Assembly (NCBI GenBank): GCA_965214205.1
Contig: OZ243941.1
Coordinates: forward strand, 2,225,419 to 2,289,418
Direction: 5' to 3'
Length of the DNA stretch: 64,000 bases
Origin: Candidatus Poriferihabitaceae bacterium
Lineage (GTDB): Bacteria > Pseudomonadota > Gammaproteobacteria > Arenicellales > Poriferihabitantaceae
Shown here: positions 49,203 to 60,938 of the stretch, piece by piece
Layout: each line of letters starts with the position of its first letter
Numbering within the stretch: position 1 is the stretch's first letter
Notes under the pieces: model-generated
Database searches by the model: none
What the model was told of the DNA's origin: nothing
What the model saw: only the letters and a program-made list of their open reading frames with translations
Translations under genes and position numbers: made by a program

Positions 49203-51674
49203 ATGATCGACAAATACAACCCTGCTGAAATCGAGTCCGCGGCCCAGCAATACTGGGACGACAGACAAAGCTTTGCAGTGTCGGAAGATACGGATCGTGA
49301 AAAATACTACTGTCTTTCCATGCTACCCTACCCTTCAGGGAAGTTGCACATGGGGCATGTCCGCAATTATACCATCGGCGATGTGATCAGCCGTTATCAG
49401 CGTATGCTCGGCAAGAATGTATTGCAACCAATGGGTTGGGACGCCTTCGGATTACCCGCGGAGAACGCTGCGATCGCACATCGGACACCGCCGGCAAAAT
49501 GGACCAACGCGAACATTGATTACATGCGAACCCAGTTAAAACGCCTCGGCTTTGGTTACGACTGGAATCGTGAACTGTCCACCTGTTCACCCGAATACTA
49601 TCGCTGGGAACAATGGTTCTTCAACAGGCTGCTTGAGAAAAACCTGGCCTACAAGAAAATGGCGGTGGTCAACTGGGACCCGGTGGAACAGACGGTACTC
49701 GCCAATGAGCAGGTCGAAAACGGCCGGGGCTGGCGTTCGGGGGCGATTGTAGAACGCCGGGAAGTCTCTCAATGGTTCATCCGGATTACCGATTACGCGG
49801 AAGAATTACTGGATGAAATCGACCGCCTTGAAGGCTGGCCGGACGCGGTTCGCACTATGCAGCGCAACTGGATCGGCCGTTCCGAAGGGGTTGAATTCTC
49901 ATTCCGGATTGAGGGTGAAGAACCACTGGAAGTCTATACCACCCGGCCCGACACGATCATGGGAATCACCTTTATTTCGGTGGCCGCGGAACACCCCCTG
50001 GCATTGAAAGCGGCCGCGGACAATCCGGATGTGGCCGCGTTCGTCCAATCCTGCAAGAATGTCCATGCCACGGAAAAGGAGATGGAAACCATGGAAAAGA
50101 AAGGCATTCCTCTCGGCATAACCGGGATTCACCCGGTCAGCGGCGAGAAAGTCGGCATCTGGGCGGCGAATTTTGTTCTGATGGAATACGGTACCGGCGC
50201 CATCATGGCGGTACCTGCCCATGACCAGAGAGACTGGGAGTTCGCGACCAGACACGGCATCGAGATCAGGCCGGTAATCCGCCCCGCGGACGGCAGCGAA
50301 CATGATTTCAGCCAATCCGCGCTGACTACAAAGGAAGGAGTCACATGCAACTCGGGAGCGTTCGACGGACTCGACTACGGCGCGGCCTGCGAGGCCGTTG
50401 CCGATTACCTCGAAACCCACAGAGTCGGCAGAAAAACCATAAACTACCGGCTGCGGGACTGGGGCGTATCTCGCCAGCGATACTGGGGCTGCCCGATTCC
50501 GGTGGTATACGACGACGGTGAGGTATTTGCCGTACCCGACGACGAGTTGCCCGTACTGCTGCCGGAAGACGTCGAATTCTCCGGGGTCCAATCACCGATC
50601 CAGAATGATCCGGATTTTTATAACGCCACACTGCCCGACAGCGACCGGCCCGCCATACGCGAGACCGACACATTCGACACCTTTTTCGAGTCATCGTGGT
50701 ATTACGCCCGTTATTGCTGTCCCGGCTCGGACCATGCGATGCTGGACGAGCGCGCCAATTACTGGCTCCCCGTGGACCAGTATGTCGGAGGGATCGAACA
50801 CGCCGTACTGCACCTGCTGTACGCGCGTTTCTTCCATAAACTGATGCGGGATGTCGGCCTGGTCGACAGTGATGAACCTTTCACCAACCTGCTCTGCCAG
50901 GGTATGGTCCTGAAAGACGGCTCCAAGATGTCCAAATCAAAGAACAATACGGTCGATCCGCAGTCGATGATCGACAAGTATGGCGCGGACACGGTCCGGC
51001 TGTTCATGATGTTCGCATCGCCCCCGGAACAGCCGCTGGAGTGGAATGACGACGCGGTAGCGGGTTCCTTCCGTTTCCTGAAACGCTGGTGGGCGCTGGT
51101 TCACCGCAGCATCGAATCGGTGGCGGAAGCCAGACGGTTATCGTCCGACCCGGACCGGGTCGCTGCGGGTAGCGTCGACCGGGAAGCCAGGGAGTTGCGC
51201 CGGATCACTCACCGGATTCTGGAAAAAGCGGACCGGGATTACCAGAGAATCCACTACAATACGGTGGTCGCTGGGGCGATGGAACTGCTCAATTCACTGG
51301 ACCGGTTCGACCCCGGAAAAAATCAGGATTGCCGGTCGGCCTTTCGGGAAAGCCTGGTCATTCTGAACAAGATTCTGGCCCCCATCGCGCCGCACATTGC
51401 CCACCGGTTGTGGCATGTGATGGGAGAGGCCGGTGATGTGCTGGACGCGGACTGGCCCCGGGTGGACCGGCAGGCGCTGCAAAGCGATACGGTCAAATGG
51501 GTCATCCAGGTCAACGGCCGGCTGAGAAGCGAGATCGAACTGGCCGCCGATTGCAGCGAGCGGGAGATCCGCGACATGGCCGTAGCAGACCGCAGAATCC
51601 GGAATTTCATCGGAGACGCTGAAGTCAGAAAAATCATCATCGTCCCCGCAAAGCTGATCAATATCGTGATTTAG
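49203..51674 (+). CDS. leuS: Leucine--tRNA ligase
   Basis: 823 aa with the HIGH motif ([15 protein letters not shown]) and the KMSKS motif ([10 protein letters not shown]). Confidence 0.97.
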   Translation: MIDKYNPAEIESAAQQYWDDRQSFAVSEDTDREKYYCLSMLPYPSGKLHMGHVRNYTIGDVISRYQRMLGKNVLQPMGWDAFGLPAENAAIAHRTPPAKWTNANIDYMRTQLKRLGFGYDWNRELSTCSPEYYRWEQWFFNRLLEKNLAYKKMAVVNWDPVEQTVLANEQVENGRGWRSGAIVERREVSQWFIRITDYAEELLDEIDRLEGWPDAVRTMQRNWIGRSEGVEFSFRIEGEEPLEVYTTRPDTIMGITFISVAAEHPLALKAAADNPDVAAFVQSCKNVHATEKEMETMEKKGIPLGITGIHPVSGEKVGIWAANFVLMEYGTGAIMAVPAHDQRDWEFATRHGIEIRPVIRPADGSEHDFSQSALTTKEGVTCNSGAFDGLDYGAACEAVADYLETHRVGRKTINYRLRDWGVSRQRYWGCPIPVVYDDGEVFAVPDDELPVLLPEDVEFSGVQSPIQNDPDFYNATLPDSDRPAIRETDTFDTFFESSWYYARYCCPGSDHAMLDERANYWLPVDQYVGGIEHAVLHLLYARFFHKLMRDVGLVDSDEPFTNLLCQGMVLKDGSKMSKSKNNTVDPQSMIDKYGADTVRLFMMFASPPEQPLEWNDDAVAGSFRFLKRWWALVHRSIESVAEARRLSSDPDRVAAGSVDREARELRRITHRILEKADRDYQRIHYNTVVAGAMELLNSLDRFDPGKNQDCRSAFRESLVILNKILAPIAPHIAHRLWHVMGEAGDVLDADWPRVDRQALQSDTVKWVIQVNGRLRSEIELAADCSEREIRDMAVADRRIRNFIGDAEVRKIIIVPAKLINIVI

Positions 51675-51761
51675 CGGAAAATGTGTCAGACGGCTATCCT
51701 GTTCAGGCAGACCTTGCCGTATAATCACGGCAATTGAAAATCACCCGATTCTGGACGCTCC

Positions 51762-52238
51762 ATGTCGAAACGCCTGCTGCTTGTACTGATTGGCCTGTTT
51801 TTACTCACCGGGTGCGGATTCAAACTGCGCGGAAGCTACCAGTTATCCACGCAATTGTCCGAAATATCCATCCAGGGCGGAAACCGGGAAATAGTCGAAC
51901 GGCTCACCGGAATATTGACGGGTAATGGCGTGGCGGTAGTCGCCGCCGGATCCGGGGCGCCCACCCTGTCCCTGTCCCTGGTTGAATTCGACAAGGAAGC
52001 CCTGAGTACTGACGTGGCCGGCATTGCGACCGAGTTCGAATATACCTATCTGGTCAAATTCAACGTGATGGACGCCAACGGAGAAGTCCTGCTGCCCGAA
52101 TCCTCGATATCCGTACTCAATACCCTTGAATACAATCCCGACGACGAGCTCGAATTCGAGGGGGAAGAAGAATTCCTGGAAGAAGAGATGGAACAGGACA
52201 TCGCCCTGCAAATCATGCGGGAACTTGCCCGCCTTTAG
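51762..52238 (+). CDS. lptE: LPS-assembly lipoprotein LptE
   Basis: 158 aa with the lipobox LLTGCGFKLRG. The canonical position between leuS and holA supports the call. Confidence 0.8.
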   Translation: MSKRLLLVLIGLFLLTGCGFKLRGSYQLSTQLSEISIQGGNREIVERLTGILTGNGVAVVAAGSGAPTLSLSLVEFDKEALSTDVAGIATEFEYTYLVKFNVMDANGEVLLPESSISVLNTLEYNPDDELEFEGEEEFLEEEMEQDIALQIMRELARL

Positions 52239-52270
52239 GTTGCAACGCCGCAATCCCCGGGAAACCGCTC

Positions 52271-53284
52271 TTGCGTATTACGTCTCCTGCCCTGTCAACG
52301 CAATTGAAACAGGGGATCGGCCCCCTGTATCTGTTGTTCGGTTCCGAAACATTGCTAATCGAGGAGGCGCTGGACCAGATTCGCGCCCAGTGCAGGCTGG
52401 AAAGCTACAATGAGCGCATCCGCCTGACCGTTGAAGCCGGATTTGACTGGAGTCGGCTGCAACACGAAAGCCAAACCCTGTCATTGTTCGCCGACAAGCG
52501 GCTGATTGAACTGAGGCTGCCAACCGGCAAACCGGGGGAAGTGGGCAGCCGGGCGCTGATTGACTTCGCGCAGAACCTCTCTTCGGACACGACCCTGGTC
52601 GTAGTCGCTAATGCCATCGACAAACGCGGTCAGACGGTAAAGTGGTTCAAGGCGATCCAGAACGCTGGCATGGTGGTCGAATGCCCCGCCATCGGCGCCG
52701 CAAACCTGCCTCGCTGGATCAGCCAGCGAATGAGCGCCCAGAGACTGAAATACGAACCGGACGCGGTGGAGCATCTAAGCCATCTGGTCGAAGGCAACCT
52801 GCTGGCGGCGGCGCAGGAAATCAACCTGCTTGGATTACTTTATCCCGATCAGACCATTACCGCCCGGATCGTCCGGCAAACAAACGCGGACCATGCGCGC
52901 TTTAATGTATACGCTTTCGTCGACGCCTGTCTCAGTGGGTCAGTCGAGCGTACGATCCGGATTCTGCGAAACCTGAAACACGAGCAGGCTGAACCGGTCA
53001 TCATCCTGTGGGCGATGGCGCGGGAGGCGCGGACGCTATGCCGGCTCTCCACGGCAATTGACCAGGGGGAACATCAAGGCTCCCTGTTCAAACGTCACGG
53101 CGTCTGGAGCAGTCGCAGCGCTCTGGTCCGTTCAGCGCTGAACCGACTTCCCGGAAGACGGTGGGAAAACATTCTGCAACGCATCGGACACGCGGATTTG
53201 ATGGTAAAGGGCCGGATCAGCTTCCGGCGCAAGGATATCTGGGAGGAAATCGAAAGCATCTCACTGGCGATATGTGGTTTATAA
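52271..53284 (+). CDS. holA: DNA polymerase III subunit delta
   Basis: 337 aa. The TTG start gives an N-terminus collinear with E. coli HolA ([22 protein letters not shown]). Synteny also supports it. Confidence 0.8.
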   Translation: MRITSPALSTQLKQGIGPLYLLFGSETLLIEEALDQIRAQCRLESYNERIRLTVEAGFDWSRLQHESQTLSLFADKRLIELRLPTGKPGEVGSRALIDFAQNLSSDTTLVVVANAIDKRGQTVKWFKAIQNAGMVVECPAIGAANLPRWISQRMSAQRLKYEPDAVEHLSHLVEGNLLAAAQEINLLGLLYPDQTITARIVRQTNADHARFNVYAFVDACLSGSVERTIRILRNLKHEQAEPVIILWAMAREARTLCRLSTAIDQGEHQGSLFKRHGVWSSRSALVRSALNRLPGRRWENILQRIGHADLMVKGRISFRRKDIWEEIESISLAICGL

Positions 53285-53324
53285 TAGCGCCCGTACCAGG
53301 CAACCCGATCCCGTTAATTCCACC

Positions 53325-54599
53325 ATGGCAGCGAACAGCGACAGCGACATCAAGGAGTACATGACCCGGCTCGGCCGTCAGGCGCGGGCGGCCTCGGCAA
53401 CAGCGGCAAGGGCCGCCAACGAACAGAAAAACGCGGCCCTTCATCATATCGCCGAATCCATAGAACGCTGTTGCGAAGACATCCTCGCGGCCAATGCCAA
53501 AGACATGGACGCCGCGACCCGGAACAACCTGACAAATGCGCTGCTGGACCGCCTCGAACTGGACCGGACACGGATATCCGCAATCGCCGAAGGCTGTAGA
53601 CAGGTTGCCTCCCTGCCCGACCCCGTAGGAGACATATCCGCGTTCGATGAGCGCCCGAGCGGCCTGAAAATTGCCAAAATGCGAGTACCGTTGGGAGTTA
53701 TCGGCATCATTTACGAATCCCGTCCCAATGTGACCGTGGACGCCGCCATTCTGTGTCTGAAATCGGGCAACGCCGCTATCCTGCGCGGTGGCTCCGAAGC
53801 TATCCATTCCAATCTCGCGCTGGCGGCCTGTCTGACTGAAGGACTTGAAAAATCGGACCTCGACCACCATTGCGTACAAGTGGTCGAAACCACAGACCGC
53901 CAGGCGGTCGGCGAATTGATCACCCTGTCGAAGTACGTGGATATCATCGTCCCGCGGGGCGGCAAGAGCCTGATTGAACGGATCAGCGCGAGCGCCACCG
54001 TACCTGTGATCAAGCATCTTGAAGGACTTTGCCATGTCTATATTGATGATGACGCAGACCTGGACAAGGCGATTGCAGTCGCTTACAACGCCAAGGCAAG
54101 ACGCTACGGAATCTGTGGCGCGATGGAGACCCTGCTGGTGGCCGAATCCGTCGCCGGAGAAATCCTGCCCCCGCTTTGCGAACAGTACCGCGGCAAGGGC
54201 ATCGAACTCAGGGGATGTGAAAAAGCCCGCGAGATTGTGCCTGAAATGATCCCGGCCACCGAAACCGACTGGACTACCGAATACCTGGACGGCATTTTAT
54301 CTATTCGTGTGGTCGATGGTATTAACCAGGCAATCCGGCATATCGGAGATTATGGCTCGCATCATACCGACGCGATTGTCACTGAAAACCCTGATCACCA
54401 ACGCCAGTTCCTGCAACAGGTTGATTCCAGCTCGGTCATGGTCAATGCCTCCACCCAGTTTGCCGACGGCTTTGAATATGGTCTCGGCGCCGAAATCGGC
54501 ATCAGCACCGACAAACTTCACGTTCGCGGCCCGGTCGGACTCGAAGGTCTGACCAGCCAGAAATACATCGTCATCGGCGATGGCGCGATTCGAGACTGA
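53325..54599 (+). CDS. proA: Gamma-glutamyl phosphate reductase
   Basis: 424 aa from the ATG at 53325 with [24 protein letters not shown] and the CGAMETLLV catalytic Cys region. Confidence 0.95.
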   Translation: MAANSDSDIKEYMTRLGRQARAASATAARAANEQKNAALHHIAESIERCCEDILAANAKDMDAATRNNLTNALLDRLELDRTRISAIAEGCRQVASLPDPVGDISAFDERPSGLKIAKMRVPLGVIGIIYESRPNVTVDAAILCLKSGNAAILRGGSEAIHSNLALAACLTEGLEKSDLDHHCVQVVETTDRQAVGELITLSKYVDIIVPRGGKSLIERISASATVPVIKHLEGLCHVYIDDDADLDKAIAVAYNAKARRYGICGAMETLLVAESVAGEILPPLCEQYRGKGIELRGCEKAREIVPEMIPATETDWTTEYLDGILSIRVVDGINQAIRHIGDYGSHHTDAIVTENPDHQRQFLQQVDSSSVMVNASTQFADGFEYGLGAEIGISTDKLHVRGPVGLEGLTSQKYIVIGDGAIRD

Positions 54600-54611
54600 T
54601 TGCGGCGCTGG

Positions 54612-55226
54612 TCACCGCTGATCCGCGGTCGTCGGACCAGTCAGAAAAGAGCTCAGTTTCTCCCGCGCTTCGGGCGCTCCCAGCTGGTTGCTTGAGGAAA
54701 ACAGTTGCACGGTTGTCTGCGGACTCGCGCTGACCTGCCGAACCACCGACTGGAAAATATTGGCCGCCTTGCCGCGCTTGAATTTATCCGCCTTGGTCAA
54801 CAGGATATGCGCTGGCAACTGCTGCTGCCAACAGTACTCCAGCATGGTGACGTCGAGATCGGTCAGGGGTCTGCGGATATCCATCGGGATCACCAGCGCG
54901 CGCAGGCACTCCCGGTTGAACAGATATTCCGTTATAAAATCCTGCCAGTGGCGGCGTAATGCCTGCGGCGCCCTAGCGTAGCCGTAGCCCGGCAGATCCA
55001 CCAGTCGATGAGCGATATCCAGATCGAAAAACACGATCTGCCGGGTGCGCCCCGGGGTCTTACTGGTTTTAGCCAGGCGGTTCTGCCGGGTGATCGCATT
55101 AATGGCGCTGGACTTGCCGACGTTAGAACGGCCAGCGAAGGCGACTTCGGCGCCGATATCTTCGGGCCATTGAGCGGGATAGTGCGCCGCAAGAGAATAT
55201 TGTGCCCTGGAAAAGTCAATCATCAT
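54612..55226 (-). CDS. engB: Ribosome biogenesis GTP-binding protein EngB (YihA)
   Basis: 204 aa with G1 GRSNVGKSSAIN, DLPGYGYA and TKADK. Confidence 0.9.
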   Translation of the reverse strand: MMIDFSRAQYSLAAHYPAQWPEDIGAEVAFAGRSNVGKSSAINAITRQNRLAKTSKTPGRTRQIVFFDLDIAHRLVDLPGYGYARAPQALRRHWQDFITEYLFNRECLRALVIPMDIRRPLTDLDVTMLEYCWQQQLPAHILLTKADKFKRGKAANIFQSVVRQVSASPQTTVQLFSSSNQLGAPEAREKLSSFLTGPTTADQR

Positions 55227-55352
55227 TTCAGTTTTTCTGATAAATATTGATATAATCGCGGCCTGAACCGATGTCTTCTCTCCTGACCGGGGTGAAGTTA
55301 CTAATTCAAGTCGGATATTCTATCCGACCGAATCTACAATCAGGGCTTTTCA

Positions 55353-55958
55353 ATGATTCGATTGTTTACATTGATGGGTGTATTTGCGCTGCTCGTCACT
55401 ATGAATACCGTCGGCATGGCACAGGATGCAGACGCGGGCAAGGCAAAATCCGAAACCTGCGTCGCCTGTCATGGCGTGGATGGCAACAGCCCACTGGATC
55501 AGTTCCCCAAAATTGCCGGTCAGGCGCCGGGCTATATTGCCGACCAGTTGGCCAAATTCAAGTCCGGGGAACGTGCCAGTACAGTGATGATGGGACTGGT
55601 TGCAGCCCTCAGCGAACAGGATATGGCCGATATAGATGCCTGGTATTCCAGCCAGAGCATGACCGTGGGTTCAATCTCCCTTGATCAGGAGGAAGACGCC
55701 CGCGCCGGCGAAGCTATTTATCGTGGCGGCATCGCCGAATTCAACGTACCGTCCTGCATGGGCTGCCATGGCCCGTCCGGCAGCGGCATCCCCCCCTTAT
55801 ACCCCCGACTGGGCGGACAACACGCGAGCTATACCGAGACCGAGCTAAAAGCATTCAAATCCGGCGCCCGAGAACACCCGATCATGCAATCAATCGCCTT
55901 CGTCCTCAGCGAACAGCAAATCAAACAACTCGCGCTATACCTGTCCGCGCTACAGTAG
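55353..55958 (+). CDS. Dihaem cytochrome c4
   Basis: 201 aa with a signal peptide and two CxxCH motifs (CVACHG, CMGCHG). It is divergent from engB, as in many gamma- and betaproteobacteria. Confidence 0.85.
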   Translation: MIRLFTLMGVFALLVTMNTVGMAQDADAGKAKSETCVACHGVDGNSPLDQFPKIAGQAPGYIADQLAKFKSGERASTVMMGLVAALSEQDMADIDAWYSSQSMTVGSISLDQEEDARAGEAIYRGGIAEFNVPSCMGCHGPSGSGIPPLYPRLGGQHASYTETELKAFKSGAREHPIMQSIAFVLSEQQIKQLALYLSALQ

Positions 55959-56016
55959 AGAAAGTCCTCTCAAAGGCACTTTCTCTACTGTAGGGGCCGG
56001 TCTTTAGTGCCGGCCC
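55955..56016. terminator. Two adjacent hairpins between convergent cytochrome c4 and folD (candidate bidirectional terminator)
   Basis: The first is GTAGAGAAAGT-12 nt-ACTTTCTCTAC at 55955-55988, with an 11-bp stem. The second is GGGCCGG-9 nt-CCGGCCC at 55994-56016. Confidence 0.4.
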
Positions 56017-56034
56017 GCAATCGACGGGAGAGCG

Positions 56035-56922
56035 TCAGCCAATCGCTGACGGCGCTTCGATACCGTTTTGCCGGCAGGCCGCGATAACCGTATTACGCAA
56101 CAGACAGGCAATCGTCATCGGGCCAACCCCACCGGGCACCGGAGTGACCGCGTCCGCCACCTGCATCGCCGACTGGTAATCGACATCTCCGGTCAATCTG
56201 TTTTTGCCATCATCCCCGGCGACCCGGTTTATACCGACGTCAATCACCGTGGCGCCGGGTTTGATCCAGTCGCCCTTGACCAATTCAGGAACCCCCACCG
56301 CCGCTACCACGATATCCGCCTGACGACAGACCGCGGGCAGGTCCCGGGTTTTCGAATGCGCTATCGTGACCGTGCAGTTTTCCCGCAGCAACAATATCGA
56401 AACCGGCTTGCCGACAATATTCGAACGGCCCACGATCACCGCATTTTTCCCACTTAAATCCCCCAGATGATCTTTCAGCAGCATGATACATCCCGCGGGC
56501 GTGCAGGGAACCAGTGAATCCTCCCCAATACTCAGCCGACCCACATTCTGGATGTGAAATCCGTCCACATCCTTGTCCACATGGATGGCGTTGATTACCT
56601 TGCTCTCGTCAATCTGCTTCGGCAACGGCAACTGCACCAGTATGCCGTTGATTGCCGGGTCTTCATTCAGCCGTTCAACCAGCGTCAGCAAGTCTTCCTC
56701 CGAAGTGTCCGCAGGCAGTTTATGTTCAATCGAATCCATGCCGACTTCGACAGTCTGCTTCGCCTTGTTCCTGACGTAAACCTGACTGGCCGGGTCTTCT
56801 CCCACCAGAACGACCGCCAAACCGGGTTTGACACCATGCTCGTTACCAAGTTGCTGAACCGCGTCGGCGATACGCTCTCTCAGTTTCGCCGCGAACGCCT
56901 TACCATCAATTACTGTTGCCAT
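56035..56922 (-). CDS. folD: Bifunctional methylenetetrahydrofolate dehydrogenase / methenyltetrahydrofolate cyclohydrolase
   Basis: 295 aa with [31 protein letters not shown] and [10 protein letters not shown]. Confidence 0.95.
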   Translation of the reverse strand: MATVIDGKAFAAKLRERIADAVQQLGNEHGVKPGLAVVLVGEDPASQVYVRNKAKQTVEVGMDSIEHKLPADTSEEDLLTLVERLNEDPAINGILVQLPLPKQIDESKVINAIHVDKDVDGFHIQNVGRLSIGEDSLVPCTPAGCIMLLKDHLGDLSGKNAVIVGRSNIVGKPVSILLLRENCTVTIAHSKTRDLPAVCRQADIVVAAVGVPELVKGDWIKPGATVIDVGINRVAGDDGKNRLTGDVDYQSAMQVADAVTPVPGGVGPMTIACLLRNTVIAACRQNGIEAPSAIG

Positions 56923-57050
56923 TAGCCTTACCTGAATAAAATACCGAAACCAAAAAAGCCGGTATTTTACCTGTTTATTCCGACCAAACCTGAATCGGAT
57001 TGAAAATCCGGGATATAATCAGGCCAAAAAATCGCCCTCTCCACTCACCA

Positions 57051-58022
57051 ATGACTCCATCCAGAATCGCATTCCTTTTCCCCGGCCAGGGGTCCCAATA
57101 CCCTGGCATCGGCCAGGACCTCTATCAACAGCATGCCAGCGTCAGAGACACTTACAATCAGGCCAGTGACGCACTTGGCTATGACATCGCCAGACTGTCT
57201 TTTGAAGACCCGGACGGGCAGATCAATCTGACCCGCTTTACCCAACCGGTATTGCTGACTCATTCCATCGCCTGCCTGCGCCTGTTGATGGAACAACTCG
57301 ACCATGAAATCAGACCGGTACTGGTGGCTGGCCACAGCCTGGGTGAGTATTCCGCCCTGGTGACGGCCGACTCCTTAAGTTTTGAAGCCGGGTTGCGGCT
57401 GGTAAAAACCCGCGGTGAACTGATGGGGGAATTTGGGGAAGGCGAAATGGAGGCGTTAATGATCGACCTCGAATCGGCGACCCGACTTGCCGAACAACAC
57501 TATTGCGGCATTGCCGCCTGCAATCTCCCGGAGCAGAACGCGGTCGGCGGACGCGCTCAGGACCTGGATGCGCTGGTCACCGCCATGGCCGAACAATTCC
57601 CCGGCAAACGCAGCGCAAGGCTAAAAACCGAAGGCGCGTTCCATACTTATTATATGGTGGAAGCCGCACAAAGATTCAGGGAGGCGCTGGAACAGGTGGA
57701 ACTGATCCCGCCGTCGGTTGATGTCCTGTCCAATTTCACCGGCCAGGTCCATGACCGCGACCCGGATTCGATACGCTCCAGATTGTTTTTACAGCTTTTC
57801 AACCCGGTACTGTGGCATCAGAACCTGATTTCAGCGAGTCAGTACGGGGTGGATCTGATGATCGAGTTCGGCGGCGGCATCGGCAAAAGCGCGGCCGCCA
57901 AACGCCCGAATCTGGAAGGCATCGTGAAGCGGGCTTTCAGGGGCAGTGAATCCGCGCCTGATTACCTGTCCGTGATCAATCCCGCCAGCCTCGAACAGAC
58001 CGTTGCCCGACTCCGGGGCTGA
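57051..58022 (+). CDS. FabD-like acyltransferase (malonyl-CoA:ACP transacylase family), orphan location
   Basis: 323 aa with FLFPGQGSQYPGIG, the active-site GHSLGEYSAL and GAFHTYYM. It is not next to other fab genes. Confidence 0.7.
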   Translation: MTPSRIAFLFPGQGSQYPGIGQDLYQQHASVRDTYNQASDALGYDIARLSFEDPDGQINLTRFTQPVLLTHSIACLRLLMEQLDHEIRPVLVAGHSLGEYSALVTADSLSFEAGLRLVKTRGELMGEFGEGEMEALMIDLESATRLAEQHYCGIAACNLPEQNAVGGRAQDLDALVTAMAEQFPGKRSARLKTEGAFHTYYMVEAAQRFREALEQVELIPPSVDVLSNFTGQVHDRDPDSIRSRLFLQLFNPVLWHQNLISASQYGVDLMIEFGGGIGKSAAAKRPNLEGIVKRAFRGSESAPDYLSVINPASLEQTVARLRG

Positions 58023-58045
58023 TCCGGGCTGGACCAGGACCCGAC

Positions 58046-58990
58046 TCAGGACTGACTCAGTACCCGGATGTGTTCGGTGACCGATTCCGCCAACGCGTCG
58101 AGGTCGTAGCCTCCTTCGAGAACCGAGATCAATCTGCCCTCGCAGCGCTGGTCGGCCAACTCCATCATCATTTGGGTCATCCAGATGTAGCTGTCGCTTT
58201 CCAGGTTGATCGCGCCCAGCGGGTCGGCCCGGTGAGCGTCAAAGCCCGCGGAAATCAGCACGGCATCCGGGCAAAAAGCTTTGGCCCTGGGCAATATGAT
58301 TTCCTCGAACGCCTGCCGGTACTGGTGGTCCCCGAGACCGGGACTCATCGGGCAATTCAGGGTCGCCCCTTCGCCGTCGCCGATGCCCGTTTCCGCCAGG
58401 GAACCGGTCCCGGGATAATGGGGAAACTGGTGCAGGCTGATATAAAATACCGATGAATCCCGCTCGAAAATATGCTGCGTGCCATTACCGTGATGCACAT
58501 CCCAGTCCAGAATCAGAATTCGTTCCAGTCCGTACCGGCTTTGCAGATAACGGGCCGCGACGGCAATACTGTTGAACAGGCAAAATCCCATCGCCTCCGC
58601 CGCCTCCGCGTGATGCCCCGGCGGCCGTACCATCGCAAAACCATTGTCTGTATGACCAGCCATAACCTGATCGGCAATTTCCAGTACACTGCCAGTCGCG
58701 TTCAGCGCCACCTCACAGGATTCAGGTGAAACCGAAACATCGGGAGTATCAATTCGGCGGGCGCCGGATTCACAGGCCCGTTGCACCCGGTCGATATAGC
58801 CGGGGTCGTGAATCAGTTGCACGATGTCAGGCGAAGCCTTCCTGGCCGGGTATTGGTGCAGGGAATCAAACCACTCCTGACTGCTCAACAGATCATGCGC
58901 GGCAGTCAGACGCTCACTGCGCTCCGGATGGCCGAAGCCGGTGTCATGGGACAGGAATAACGGATGATAGACGTATGCGGTTCGTAACAT
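58046..58990 (-). CDS. Histone deacetylase-family enzyme (lysine/acetylpolyamine deacetylase-like)
   Basis: Motifs are RPPGHHAE, DWDVHHGNGTQ and GFDAH, with the C-terminal EGGY. The ATG at 58990 is preferred over the TTG at 59032. Confidence 0.8.
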   Translation of the reverse strand: MLRTAYVYHPLFLSHDTGFGHPERSERLTAAHDLLSSQEWFDSLHQYPARKASPDIVQLIHDPGYIDRVQRACESGARRIDTPDVSVSPESCEVALNATGSVLEIADQVMAGHTDNGFAMVRPPGHHAEAAEAMGFCLFNSIAVAARYLQSRYGLERILILDWDVHHGNGTQHIFERDSSVFYISLHQFPHYPGTGSLAETGIGDGEGATLNCPMSPGLGDHQYRQAFEEIILPRAKAFCPDAVLISAGFDAHRADPLGAINLESDSYIWMTQMMMELADQRCEGRLISVLEGGYDLDALAESVTEHIRVLSQS

Positions 58991-59028
58991 GATACAGGTC
59001 GTGTAAATATCCCGGGGCGCCCGGACCT

Positions 59029-59487
59029 TCAATTTTTCCCGGTTGAGCCGAAACCTCCGTCTGAGCGCTCGCTTTGCCCGAATGAATCCACCACATTGAA
59101 CTCCGCCTGGACCACCGGAACAATCACCATCTGGGCAATGCGGTCACCCGGCTGTATGGTGAACTCCGTGCCGCTGCGATTCCAGCAGGATATGAACAAC
59201 TGCCCCTGATAATCGGAATCAATCAGCCCCGTCAGATTTCCAAGCACAATCCCCTGTTTGTGTCCGGCTCCGGATCTCGGGATCAATACCGCCGCAAATC
59301 CAGGGTCGGCGATATGGATCGCAATCCCGGTCGGAATTAATTCCGTCTGTCCGGGCTTCAATGCCAGCGCCTGGTCAACACAGGCGCGCAGGTCAAGACC
59401 CGCCGAACCCGGCGTGGCATATCCGGGCAGGCCGAATTCGTTTTCTATCCGCGAATCCAGAATCCTGACGTCAATTCTCTTTTTCAA
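59029..59487 (-). CDS. dut: dUTP diphosphatase
   Basis: 152 aa. The TTG start gives [13 protein letters not shown]..., collinear with E. coli Dut. Motifs are [24 protein letters not shown] and GFGSTG. Confidence 0.92.
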   Translation of the reverse strand: MKKRIDVRILDSRIENEFGLPGYATPGSAGLDLRACVDQALALKPGQTELIPTGIAIHIADPGFAAVLIPRSGAGHKQGIVLGNLTGLIDSDYQGQLFISCWNRSGTEFTIQPGDRIAQMVIVPVVQAEFNVVDSFGQSERSDGGFGSTGKN

Positions 59488-59502
59488 CGCCGCTATTTGC
59501 CG

Positions 59503-59658
59503 CTATTTGATTTTGGCTTCCTTGTATACAACGTGTTTTCGAACCACCGGATCATATTTCCGAATCTCCATTTTCTCTGTCATGGTCCGTTTGTTTTTGG
59601 TGGTCGTGTAGTAGTGGCCGGTTCCGGCGCTCGACACCAGTTTGATCTTGTCTCTCAT
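59503..59658 (-). CDS. rpmG: 50S ribosomal protein L33
   Basis: Not in the ORF track (51 aa). My translation is [51 protein letters not shown] followed by a stop. Confidence 0.92.
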   Translation of the reverse strand: MRDKIKLVSSAGTGHYYTTTKNKRTMTEKMEIRKYDPVVRKHVVYKEAKIK

Positions 59659-59709
59659 TTTCAAATTTCCCCTTCGAATTCCCCTTCAGCTAATCCCCGC
59701 CGAACCCCC

Positions 59710-59946
59710 TCAGGCGGTTTCACCGCGGGATCGGATTTCCCCCAGAACATGGTCAATGCCCTTCTTGTCGATGATTCGCAGTCCGGCAGAGGACACACGC
59801 AGGCGAACCCAGCGATTTTCACTCTCAACCCAGAAACGACGGCTGTGCAGATTGGGCAGGAACTTGCGCCTGGTTTTGTTATGCGCGTGAGAAACATTAT
59901 TACCGGTTGTGGTTCGTTTCCCGGTTACTTGACAGACTCTGGACAT
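59710..59946 (-). CDS. rpmB: 50S ribosomal protein L28
   Basis: 78 aa beginning [33 protein letters not shown]. Confidence 0.95.
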   Translation of the reverse strand: MSRVCQVTGKRTTTGNNVSHAHNKTRRKFLPNLHSRRFWVESENRWVRLRVSSAGLRIIDKKGIDHVLGEIRSRGETA

Positions 59947-60063
59947 GAACTTACCTTGAATTTCACTAAATTAACGGAGCGGCGCGCGATTTATACCAGA
60001 AAAACGCCCGGTTTGGTAGTGATAATGACGGTTTCAAACGGTGAAAACGCTTAAGCCGCTAAA

Positions 60064-60555
60064 TCAAACAGTAAATTCACAGAGCAGGACCGACTGGTCC
60101 GACTTCTCGCTGAACTTCCGCCACATCTGATGATAGGTTTTACCGGTGACCGGATGTATCATTTGGGGATGCAGGTCCGCCAGCGGCTTCAACACGTAAG
60201 CGAACTTCTCGATCCCGAGCCGGGGAATGTCATACCCGTCAGAACGCAGGTCCTGGTCCCCGAACAGGATCACGTCAATATCCAGCAACCGGTTGTCAAA
60301 CGATTTTCCTCCCCGCACACGTCCCACATCCGACTCGATTCCGCGCAGGTATTCACGGACCCGAAACAGGTCATCCCCGGAATGAAACCCGAGTACCAGA
60401 TTCAGGAATGGCGGTCCCTCAAACCCTACAGAAGCGGTTTCATAGACCGGGGACAGATTGATTTCGCCATATCTTTCCGCAATTTTCCGGATCGCGTAAC
60501 GGATGTGCTTATCGCGCTCGATATTGCTTCCGATGCTGAGCAGTATGTAAGTCAC
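60064..60555 (-). CDS. folK: 2-amino-4-hydroxy-6-hydroxymethyldihydropteridine diphosphokinase
   Basis: 163 aa with the HPPK pattern ILLSIGSNI, LDIDVILFG and IPRLGIEKFAYVLKPLADL. Confidence 0.85.
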   Translation of the reverse strand: MTYILLSIGSNIERDKHIRYAIRKIAERYGEINLSPVYETASVGFEGPPFLNLVLGFHSGDDLFRVREYLRGIESDVGRVRGGKSFDNRLLDIDVILFGDQDLRSDGYDIPRLGIEKFAYVLKPLADLHPQMIHPVTGKTYHQMWRKFSEKSDQSVLLCEFTV

Positions 60556-60558
60556 GGC

Positions 60559-60915
60559 TCACTCCTTCTGGCCGCGCTCAATGATAATGCCGACATCCCC
60601 GGCCCCCCGGATTGCCCCGAATTTATTAATCTTGACCCGGCACCACTTTACACCGAATTCACCGGTCAGGATTGCGGCCACCTCTTCCGCCAGCTTTTCC
60701 ACCAGTTGGAACCGGGAATCCCGGATAAATGACTCAACCCGCTTGGACACGTCCCGGTAATTCAGGGTATCCCTGATCTCATCGCTGCCGGACGAGGCCG
60801 TGATGTCGAAACCCATGTCAAGATCAACGGTTATACTCTGGGTAATCTGTTTTTCCCAGTCCCAGACCCCGATCACACAATCGACTTTCAGACCATGAAG
60901 GTAAATAATATCCAT
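60559..60915 (-). CDS. folB: Dihydroneopterin aldolase
   Basis: 118 aa beginning MDIIYLHGLKVDCVIGVWDWEK, which is typical of FolB. It lies upstream of folK and is divergent from plsY. Confidence 0.85.
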   Translation of the reverse strand: MDIIYLHGLKVDCVIGVWDWEKQITQSITVDLDMGFDITASSGSDEIRDTLNYRDVSKRVESFIRDSRFQLVEKLAEEVAAILTGEFGVKWCRVKINKFGAIRGAGDVGIIIERGQKE

Positions 60916-60938
60916 GAATTTTTCCTTATACTTACGGT

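Noticed and set aside
59489-59508. Perfect 10-bp tandem duplication GCCGCTATTT x2 spanning the rpmG stop codon in the rpmG-dut spacer
   Set aside because: It is only two short copies, does not alter either reading frame, and is most simply a slippage footprint. It has no evident function.
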